A model generated the notes under the pieces. That model worked only from the letters and a program-made list of their open reading frames with translations, was not told the origin of the DNA and did no database searches. Positions 9,231 through 17,127 of a stretch of DNA of 64,000 nt are shown in pieces (position 1 is the first letter of the stretch; every line of letters starts with the position of its first letter). The translations under genes and the position numbers were made by a program. This DNA is from Candidatus Latescibacterota bacterium (GTDB taxonomy: Bacteria > Latescibacterota > UBA2968), in contig OZ241986.1 in NCBI GenBank assembly GCA_965204375.1, positions 5,504,001 to 5,568,000 of the forward strand, given 5' to 3'.

Positions 9231-9992
9231 ATGGGTGTTTTAACGGAAGCGCAACGCGCGCAATACGAAAGAGATGGGTATCTTCTGGCGTCGGATTTGA
9301 TTCCAGAGGATGTGGCAGAACGAGCAGAAGCGGCGATGTGGCGGATTATGGGTATGACGCCAGATGAGCCAGAGACATGGCATCGAAAACCCGAAGGTGT
9401 TGCTGGTTTTCAGGCTGCGCGGGGATTGTCTGTGTTTAACGGTCTTCGCGATCGGGATTTGATGGCCTGTGTAACGCCGCAGTATTTGAAGGCGACTGCT
9501 GAGTTGATCGGCGAAGATGATGTGCATCCGCCGGAAGCGGTCCACACGCAGAATAAAGTTCCCGTCAATGGGGAGTGGTCTTTGCCGAAGGCGCATGTAG
9601 ATGGCATTCCCAAAGAACACATGCACGAGACGTTTCCCGGTCCCTATCGCATTGCGAGTCTGGTATTTTTGAGCGATGTGAAACACAAAGGGGGTGGGAC
9701 GGCGGTTTTTCCCGGGTCGCATCGCAAGATTCTCGCGCTTGCAGAGTCGGATCGAGAAAAGTACAAGTACCTGTTTCACCTGAACCGGGATATTCCCGGA
9801 CTGGATTTGGGCGATCCGATTGAGTTGACGCCAAAACGCGGGGATGTGTTGTTTTTTACTTATTTGTTCGGACATAATGGTACGGCAAATGTGGGTGGGC
9901 GTCCGCGCTGGATGATGCGGTATTTTTGCTCTTGCAAAGGATGTCAGACCCGCTGGAAGAAGACGGAAGATTGGGGTCTGTGGTCACCGTGA
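9231..9992 (+). CDS. PhyH-family Fe(II)/2-oxoglutarate dioxygenase
   Basis: RDGYL, HVD, PGSH, GDVLFF..FGH. Confidence 0.85.
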   Translation: MGVLTEAQRAQYERDGYLLASDLIPEDVAERAEAAMWRIMGMTPDEPETWHRKPEGVAGFQAARGLSVFNGLRDRDLMACVTPQYLKATAELIGEDDVHPPEAVHTQNKVPVNGEWSLPKAHVDGIPKEHMHETFPGPYRIASLVFLSDVKHKGGGTAVFPGSHRKILALAESDREKYKYLFHLNRDIPGLDLGDPIELTPKRGDVLFFTYLFGHNGTANVGGRPRWMMRYFCSCKGCQTRWKKTEDWGLWSP

Positions 9993-10002
9993 GGAGTGTG
10001 TG

Positions 10003-10779
10003 ATGGAACTGACAAAGTCTCAGAAGTTGGAATTTTACAGCGAAGGGTTTTTGAAGATTGAAGGTGCTGTGCCGGGCGTGATGGTGGAGGCGGCGCGGCA
10101 GGCGATTAATGCGGAGATTGGGAAGGGTATGAGGCATGGTTTTGCGGATATTCGCGCGATGCCGGTGATTACCGATATGTTTAACGAGACGCCGGTGTTT
10201 TCATTGCTCGAATCGGCATTGGGCAAGGGGAATTTGCAATGCCAGAGCAATGGTGCTGTGAAACTGAATTATCCCGCGGGAGTTGGGACGCCGCAACGGG
10301 ATCCTCAACTCGCGACTGCGGGACCTCCGTTGCGAACGGGTGGTCATTTGGATGGGATTGCAAAGGCGCGTGATTTTTTGAGGGGGACGGCTGAAGAGAG
10401 TGGATACAGTCGGGATTTTACGGCTTTTGCTGTGGTGTATCTGGACGATGTGCCCGCGTCGTATTGCGGCAATTTTACGGTTTGGCCAAAGTCACATCAT
10501 GTGATGGAGGATGTGTTTCGAGAAAGAGGGCACGAGATTTTGTTGAATTATATGCCCGATGTGACGGTGCCCGATGGTCCAGTGCAGTTGACCGGCGAGC
10601 CTGGCGATCTCATTCTGGCGCATCATCAGATTATTCACACGGCGGCGATTAATGCGTGTCCAGATATCCGATATGCCGTGATTTTCAGGGCGAGGCATGT
10701 CGATATCGGGAAGAATGGCATGGATGTGTTTACGGATATCTGGCGGGAGTGGGATGGGATCAGAGCGGAGATTGAGTAG
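10003..10779 (+). CDS. PhyH-family Fe(II)/2-oxoglutarate dioxygenase
   Basis: EGFL, HLD, WPKSH, GDLILAH..IIH, RYAVIFR. Confidence 0.85.
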   Translation: MELTKSQKLEFYSEGFLKIEGAVPGVMVEAARQAINAEIGKGMRHGFADIRAMPVITDMFNETPVFSLLESALGKGNLQCQSNGAVKLNYPAGVGTPQRDPQLATAGPPLRTGGHLDGIAKARDFLRGTAEESGYSRDFTAFAVVYLDDVPASYCGNFTVWPKSHHVMEDVFRERGHEILLNYMPDVTVPDGPVQLTGEPGDLILAHHQIIHTAAINACPDIRYAVIFRARHVDIGKNGMDVFTDIWREWDGIRAEIE

Positions 10780-10791
10780 CCGGAGTGTGAG

Positions 10792-11580
10792 ATGGATTTG
10801 GGATTGAAGGGAAAAAGAGCGGTTGTTACGGGGGGTAGTCAGGGGATTGGGCGTTGCTGCGCGCTGGCTTTGGCGCGGGAGGGCGCGCGTGTGTGTATTG
10901 CGGCGCGTACGCGGGAGACGTTGGATGCGGTGGTTGCCGAGATCAATGCAGCGGGTGGGGAAGGGCATGCGGTTGCGGTTGATTTGACGCGGGAAGAGAA
11001 TTGCGAGGTGGTGGTGAATGAGGCTATAGGCGCGTTTGGGGGGGTGGATGTGCTGGTCAATAATGTGGGGGCTGCGCGCAATGCCGATATTTTGGATTTG
11101 GATGTGGCGCAGATTAGCGAGGCGTTGGAGCTGAAGAGTTATAGCTATTTGCGGATGGCGCAGTTGGTGATTCCGCTGATGCGAGAAAATGGATGGGGGC
11201 GCATTGTCAATGTCGCGGGTGGTGCGGGTACGAGTCCTACGCGGGGCAATATTCCGACGGGGTCGGCAAATGCGATTATTTTGAATATGACGCGCGCGCT
11301 GTCCGATGCGGTGTCTGGCGATGGTATTCTGGTGAATGCGGTTTGCCCGGGGTTGACCAATACCCCACGCGCGCGTTCGCAGCAAAGGGCGCGGGCAGAC
11401 CGCGAGGGGCGAGATGTCGAGGCGGTGCTCAAAGACATGGGCGCAGAGTTGCCCGCCGGACGCATGGCCGAGCCTGAGGAGATCGCCAATGTCGTTGCTT
11501 TTCTGGCGTCTGAGGCGTGTTCTTATGTGTTTGGGAGTTCGATTTATATGGATGGCGGTGGGCGGAGAGGAACGCCGTAG
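10792..11580 (+). CDS. Short-chain dehydrogenase/reductase
   Basis: TGGSQGIG, NNVG, VNAVCPG; the YxxxK position appears non-canonical (TGSANA). Confidence 0.9.
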   Translation: MDLGLKGKRAVVTGGSQGIGRCCALALAREGARVCIAARTRETLDAVVAEINAAGGEGHAVAVDLTREENCEVVVNEAIGAFGGVDVLVNNVGAARNADILDLDVAQISEALELKSYSYLRMAQLVIPLMRENGWGRIVNVAGGAGTSPTRGNIPTGSANAIILNMTRALSDAVSGDGILVNAVCPGLTNTPRARSQQRARADREGRDVEAVLKDMGAELPAGRMAEPEEIANVVAFLASEACSYVFGSSIYMDGGGRRGTP

Positions 11581-11746
11581 GGAAGTGTGATCCGCAGATA
11601 ACGCAGATGAAAGCAGATGAAAGGCGAGAAGCAAAATATCGCTGGACAATGTAACCTTTATCGGGTAGTTTTTGCGAAGTGGCTTACGAGAACAGGCGGG
11701 TCAAAAGAACGGCGTTTATTTATGTCTCAAACCGTAAGGAAAGCCA

Positions 11747-12031
11747 ATGGCGATTGAAACCGTTGAAAAGGAACAAGCTGAGCTCAAAGGGCAATTTGAT
11801 CAATTCGACAAGCGCGTTGAACGTATGCAAACAGATGTTGACAATACCAAAAGCGAATTGACACAAGCTATAAATCGCTTGTCTGATAAAATGGATGCGG
11901 GTTTTCAAAATGTAAGGGAAGAAATACAATCGGCAAAGCAAGAGTTTGGCAACACGCGCAATTGGCAAATTTCTTGTGTCATTGCTGCCGTTATTGCGGT
12001 CTGTGCGGTTGTCGGGTTGCTGATCAAATAA
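11747..12031 (+). CDS. Small coiled-coil protein with C-terminal TM anchor
   Basis: 94 aa, heptad-rich, hydrophobic C-terminus; RBS AAGGA. Confidence 0.7.
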   Translation: MAIETVEKEQAELKGQFDQFDKRVERMQTDVDNTKSELTQAINRLSDKMDAGFQNVREEIQSAKQEFGNTRNWQISCVIAAVIAVCAVVGLLIK

Positions 12032-12043
12032 CACATTGAAATC

Positions 12044-12403
12044 ATGGGACTCGTATTTCTCGACATTGGTATCGCTAATCCCGCTCGGTCAGAGGACTTT
12101 CAGACCGAGCATTTTCTCATTGACTCAGGTACTGTCTATTCCGTGGTTCAGCGATCTGTTCTTGAGGCACTGGGCATTCAGCCTCATTCTCGTCGAACCT
12201 TTACGCTGGCAAATGGCGATCAAATTGAACGCGAGTTGGACGATGCGCTGTTTCGGTACAAAGAACACCGGGGCGCAGCACCTGTTATTTTTGGTGAACC
12301 CGGTGATAGCAATCTTCTGGGCGTTGTTACCCTTGAAGCCCTGGGTTATGTTCTGGATCCTCTGAAACGAGAACTTCGGTCTTTGCCGATGCTTTTAGCT
12401 TGA
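12044..12403 (+). CDS. Clan AA (retropepsin-like) aspartyl protease
   Basis: LIDSG catalytic motif; LLGVVTLEALG. Confidence 0.85.
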   Translation: MGLVFLDIGIANPARSEDFQTEHFLIDSGTVYSVVQRSVLEALGIQPHSRRTFTLANGDQIERELDDALFRYKEHRGAAPVIFGEPGDSNLLGVVTLEALGYVLDPLKRELRSLPMLLA

Positions 12404-12449
12404 TTATTTTAGGTGAGGTATAGGATATTGAAAATTATTTGTGACGTTT

Positions 12450-12477
12450 AAAAATCCGCATATGCGGATTTTTTTTT
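12450..12477 (+). terminator. Palindromic intrinsic terminator candidate
   Basis: aaaaatccgcatatgcggattttt followed by further T. Confidence 0.6.
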
Positions 12478-12558
12478 GCCCGAAAGAAAACCGGATGGTT
12501 CTGGGGTGTGTCTATATAGGTGAGAGGTGAGATTTGGGATACCATTCGGAGGATATAG

Positions 12559-15500
12559 ATGGTTGAGAAGAATGAGAAGAGGACATCGCTTTTGCCCAGG
12601 ATTTCAGTGACGAGGCCGGTGACGGTGACGATGTGTTTGGTGGGGTTGATGGTGATTGGGTTGGTGGCTTATTGGCGCATTCCCATTCAGGCATGGGCGT
12701 CGGGCAATGACTGGAATCGGTTTTGGGTAGATGTGGCGACAGAAAATGCGTCGGTTCAAGAGCGATTTAACACCATTGCTCTGCCGATGGAGCGACATAT
12801 GCGTACGGTGAGAGAACTCAGCGATATTTACGCTTTTGCCGGCGATCCGTGGGCCGGGGTTGAGTTGAAATTTCACCGGGGTACGGATATGCGCGAGGCG
12901 TATGTTCGGGTGGCAGACCGGCTTGAGCACGCCAGGCTCGATTTGCCCGAGGAAGTGCGCGATCGGATCAAGGTGTATTCGTGGAATCAGGAAACCGATT
13001 CCGAGGTGATCTGGACGGGGTTGTCTATTCCGGAGGATATTGTCAATAAGGAGCAATGGGTTCAAACCCATGTTCTCGATCCGATTGAGCGGATTGATGG
13101 GGTGGCAAAGACCAGTGTGTGGGGGTTTGAGAATAAGGAAGTTTTGATTCTGGTGGATCAAGAGCGGTTGCGGACGCACGGCATTGAAACCCACGAGCTT
13201 GTGGCGTCGTTGCAGGAGGACAATTTTTCCCTGTCTGGCGGTCATGTGCAGGAGGGCGGTAAGCGGTTTTACGTGCGATCTCTGGCGCATTATCAAAGCC
13301 TGAAGGAGATCGAGGATATTGTTGTTCAGGGTCGTTATAGCAGCGCGCAGGTGCGTCTGAAGGATGTGGCAGATGTGGTGTATGCTGCGCCGCCTCGAGA
13401 CCGGGTGTGGCGCGTGGATGGGCAGCGCAATTTGGGCCTGGATGTATATAAGGAGTCGGGTGAGAATATCGTCGATTTGTGCAAGCGCATTGTGGTCAAA
13501 ATGGAGGAGATTGAGGCCAATACGCCTGCGGTGTTTCGCCTGTTTTACAGCGAGGGCAAGCTGATAGAAGATTCGATGGATAATTTGAAAGTCACGGGTC
13601 TTTGGGGTGGGTTGTTTGCGGCGCTGGTGTTGTTGTTTTTTCTGCGCGCTTTGCGTATGACGGCGCTGATTACGCTGTCCATTCCGCTGTGTGTGATGAT
13701 GACGATTACCGTGCTCTATTTTATGGGTTGGTCGCTCAACTTGTTGACGATGATGGGATTGATGGTGGGGGTGGGCATGGTGGTGGATAATGCGATTGTG
13801 ATTGTGGAGAATATTTATCGCTTGCGAGCAGAGGGAGAAGATCCGCGCGGTGCATCTATCTACGGAGCGAGCGAGGTGGGGTTGGCGATTACGATGGCGA
13901 CTCTGACCACTGTGGTGGTGTTTTTGCCGATGATGCTGATGAATGACAGCTTTGATATGAAGTTTTTGCTGTCGAAAATTGGAATGCCCGTGGTGTTTGC
14001 ACTGGTGGCGTCTCTGTTTGTGGCGCTGTTGTTTATTCCCTTAGCTGCACAGCGCTTTGGCGATGCAGTTGTGCGGTCAGATCCAAAGTCTATTGCTTTT
14101 GTCCGCCGCATTTATCGGCGCGGTTTGAACTGGGTTATTCACCATCGGCGGGATGCGTTTCTCGTGGTGCTGGTTTTGTTTGCCACCATTTATTTTCCAT
14201 ATCAGAATGTGAAGAAGACCGATAAGATGCGTTTTTCTTCGAATCGCGTGACCATTCGCATGTACGGGCCCAATAATTTTTCCCTAAAAGAGATGGATAA
14301 AATTGCGAGCGATCTGGAAGTGTATGTGAATGAGCGGCGGGATAGGTACAAGATCAAAAATGTTATGACGTATTTTCGGCGCGGATATATCAATTTGCGA
14401 ATGAATCTCGAGGAGGATCCCCATCAAGAGTGGTGGTATGCTGTGTATCGCTGGGCAGGCAATTTGACAGGCTTTCCCATTGAGCGGTGGATGACGCGGC
14501 AAGAGATTATTGACGAGTTGAACAAGGAGGTGCCGCGCTATGTTGGATTTCGGGTGTCGGTGGAATCTCGCAATTCGGGTGGTCGAGATCCCTATGTGAG
14601 TGTGTATTTGTACGGTCCTGATTTTGAAGAATTGGAAGATATGCTGGGGGAAGTGGAGCGGCGGTTGCAGCAGATTCCATCGGTGACGAGTTTGCAAAGC
14701 GATCTGGAGTTTGGCAAAGACGAGATTCGCATTCGCGTGAACCGCGCACAGGCAAAAAAGCACGGTATTCCGGCAGAGCGGATCAGCCGCACGCTGGCAT
14801 ATCAACTGCGCGGTGCGACATTGCCCCGGTTTCAGACGGATGATCACGAGGTGGATGTGCAATTGATTTTGGATGAATCCGACCGGCAGTCGCTGGTGCA
14901 GTTGAAGAATTTTATGTTTGTGACCGATGCGGGTGAAAAGCTGCCGTTGTCGAGTTTTGCAACTTTTGAAATAACCAAAGGTCCAGGCCATATTTTCAGG
15001 CATAATGGTCGCAACCGGTTGCGCGTGCGCGTTTATACGACCAAGGATGATGTGGAGGGGTTGTATCAGGAGGTCGATCGGGTGATGGATGGGTTCACGC
15101 TGCCGAGGGGTTATGAGTGGAACAAGGGCGAGCGGTATTCGCAGTACAGCCGGGAAAGTCAGGCGATGACATTTGCCGTGATTATGGCGATCGTGTTTGT
15201 GTTTTTGCTGATGGGCGTGTTGTTTGAGTCGGTTATTTTGCCTTTTGCCGTGATTTTTTCGATTCCGTTTTCGTTTTTGGGGGTGTACTGGGGGTTGTGG
15301 CTAACGGGTACGACGATGGATTTTATGTCGAGTGTGGGGGCGATTGTGCTGATTGGGGTGGTGGTCAACAATGCGATTGTGCTGGTCGATATGATCAATC
15401 GGTTGCGCCAGGCGGGTATGGATCGCGCGGAGGCAATTATGGCGGCGGGTCACAATCGCTTTCGCCCCATTTTGATGACGACCTGCACGACGGTGTTCGG

Positions 15501-15729
15501 GTTGTTTCCCATGGCGATTGGCAGCAGTACGATGATGGGGATGCCCTATGCGCCGCTGGGGATTACGATGATGGGCGGGCTGATTGTGTCAACGGCGCTG
15601 ACGCTGTTTGTGATTCCGCTGTTTTACGTTTTGTTGGATGATTTGCGCGGGTTATTGAAGCGGATTGCCGCGGTGAGTTTCCAGAGGTCTGAGCGATGGG
15701 GGGGTGACCCGGCGCAGGCGGCGGATTAA
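12559..15729 (+). CDS. RND efflux permease (AcrB/AcrD/AcrF family)
   Basis: 1056 aa; RPV N-terminus, VDNAIVIVENI, NNAIVLVD, RFRPILMT. Confidence 0.92.
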   Translation: MVEKNEKRTSLLPRISVTRPVTVTMCLVGLMVIGLVAYWRIPIQAWASGNDWNRFWVDVATENASVQERFNTIALPMERHMRTVRELSDIYAFAGDPWAGVELKFHRGTDMREAYVRVADRLEHARLDLPEEVRDRIKVYSWNQETDSEVIWTGLSIPEDIVNKEQWVQTHVLDPIERIDGVAKTSVWGFENKEVLILVDQERLRTHGIETHELVASLQEDNFSLSGGHVQEGGKRFYVRSLAHYQSLKEIEDIVVQGRYSSAQVRLKDVADVVYAAPPRDRVWRVDGQRNLGLDVYKESGENIVDLCKRIVVKMEEIEANTPAVFRLFYSEGKLIEDSMDNLKVTGLWGGLFAALVLLFFLRALRMTALITLSIPLCVMMTITVLYFMGWSLNLLTMMGLMVGVGMVVDNAIVIVENIYRLRAEGEDPRGASIYGASEVGLAITMATLTTVVVFLPMMLMNDSFDMKFLLSKIGMPVVFALVASLFVALLFIPLAAQRFGDAVVRSDPKSIAFVRRIYRRGLNWVIHHRRDAFLVVLVLFATIYFPYQNVKKTDKMRFSSNRVTIRMYGPNNFSLKEMDKIASDLEVYVNERRDRYKIKNVMTYFRRGYINLRMNLEEDPHQEWWYAVYRWAGNLTGFPIERWMTRQEIIDELNKEVPRYVGFRVSVESRNSGGRDPYVSVYLYGPDFEELEDMLGEVERRLQQIPSVTSLQSDLEFGKDEIRIRVNRAQAKKHGIPAERISRTLAYQLRGATLPRFQTDDHEVDVQLILDESDRQSLVQLKNFMFVTDAGEKLPLSSFATFEITKGPGHIFRHNGRNRLRVRVYTTKDDVEGLYQEVDRVMDGFTLPRGYEWNKGERYSQYSRESQAMTFAVIMAIVFVFLLMGVLFESVILPFAVIFSIPFSFLGVYWGLWLTGTTMDFMSSVGAIVLIGVVVNNAIVLVDMINRLRQAGMDRAEAIMAAGHNRFRPILMTTCTTVFGLFPMAIGSSTMMGMPYAPLGITMMGGLIVSTALTLFVIPLFYVLLDDLRGLLKRIAAVSFQRSERWGGDPAQAAD

Positions 15730-15756
15730 AACGGGTCATAGAACCACTTCTCTCCC

Positions 15757-15797
15757 AAACAGAGGGCTGTGCTTATTTTGCACGGCTCTCTGTTTTT
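15757..15797. terminator. Probable terminator between convergent genes
   Basis: aaacagagggctgtgc...gcacggctctctgttttt hairpin. Confidence 0.7.
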
Positions 15798-15812
15798 GTT
15801 TTTGATGGGGAT

Positions 15813-17117
15813 CTAATTTGCAGGATCGGAAGGCGTATTGGGGTTGTTTAATCGCTCCTGGTCGGCATAGGGATAGAAATTTCGATTTCGCTCAAAGGGG
15901 TCGGATGAGGGGCCGGGTTGACCGAGGCGCCTGCTGTCTTCCAATCCAGTACCGTTCAGGAATAATTCCGCTCTGCGTTGCCGAAAGATTTCTTCTGTGA
16001 TGGCCTCGACGGTTTGTGGACCGCTGTAGGGTGGTAGCGATGCCCCAATGCCAAAGGGATCACGATCGGGTGTTTTTGTGCGGATGGCGTCTATTTCGGC
16101 GATCGCTCCTGTGATATTTCCCATCATTGCGTTTGCCTCTGCCCGTATCAGGGCCATTTCGCCGGGCAAATATGCCGGGATGGACGATGTGGCGGTGTTC
16201 CAAAAGCCGGATAGCGTTTCAATCGGCAAGGCGTTGGGATTGCTCAGGCGGTCATTTGGCATGAGATAAAATGCAAGTCTCGCATCGTTGCCGTCTGTGA
16301 CCAGCGTTCCGAAATTATCTCTTGGAGCATAATCATCCGCAACAAAAACCTGGTTGTAAATGGGGTTCTGATTGTCGGCGTCATAAGTATAGACAGATGT
16401 TGCCGAGGGATCGATGGTATTGGCGGCTTCAAGTGCGGCTGGATAATTTCCCGCGAACAGGTTATAGCGCGCCCGATAAGCGTGAATAGTATTTAAGAGA
16501 TCGAATCCCTGCCCCAGAATATCTGAGTTGAACTGAGCAGATGGTGGCGTGGCCGAGATGGTTTGGAGCGCGTTGTCCAGCAACCGAATCGCTTCAGCAA
16601 ATACCTCAGACCGCGGCACGAAAGTGGCTTGTCCATCGGCCTGTACATCTGTTGGTGCCTGTTCAAAAGCCTGTGCGACGAATCCCAGACACATCGCTTT
16701 GTAAAGTTGAGAGAGTGCAATAATGCCGCTGCGCGTACCTTCTGATAGTTGTACATTGGGCGCGCTGTCGATCAAATCGTTGGCTATTCCGATGACGCGG
16801 TATGATTCGAACCAGATCGCGCTGACACCGCTGTTTGCGCCAGACAAAGCGTTGAGGCCATCCTCTAATTGTATGAGGTTGGCAAAGGTCGTGTTTGCCG
16901 CAAATTCGCGACTTGTAATTGCCGGATGACGAATGTATGAATCGACATTCTGACTCGCGTAATCTCGTTGCATGCCAATGGCGAGTGCGATAATGCCGTC
17001 ACTGGTGGTTAAAACGCGCTCTTCCACTGCCTGGTTTGGATTTGTTATGTTTAAATCGCAACCTTGTGTGAAAAAGAGCAGCAATATCGGGAGAATATAC
17101 AGGTGACTTGATTTCAT
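15813..17117 (-). CDS. RagB/SusD-family outer membrane lipoprotein
   Basis: Lipobox FTQGC; EMALIRAEA, RRAELFLNG..LEDSRR, ERLNNPN; downstream of SusC-like gene. Confidence 0.88.
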   Translation of the reverse strand: MKSSHLYILPILLLFFTQGCDLNITNPNQAVEERVLTTSDGIIALAIGMQRDYASQNVDSYIRHPAITSREFAANTTFANLIQLEDGLNALSGANSGVSAIWFESYRVIGIANDLIDSAPNVQLSEGTRSGIIALSQLYKAMCLGFVAQAFEQAPTDVQADGQATFVPRSEVFAEAIRLLDNALQTISATPPSAQFNSDILGQGFDLLNTIHAYRARYNLFAGNYPAALEAANTIDPSATSVYTYDADNQNPIYNQVFVADDYAPRDNFGTLVTDGNDARLAFYLMPNDRLSNPNALPIETLSGFWNTATSSIPAYLPGEMALIRAEANAMMGNITGAIAEIDAIRTKTPDRDPFGIGASLPPYSGPQTVEAITEEIFRQRRAELFLNGTGLEDSRRLGQPGPSSDPFERNRNFYPYADQERLNNPNTPSDPAN

Positions 17118-17127
17118 ATTTTTTCCC

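Noticed and set aside
10492-11649. Long minus-strand ORFs (also 31975-33051, 33057-34070, 44076-45119, 28133-29443)
   Set aside because: Antisense shadows of well-supported plus-strand genes, with no motifs of their own.
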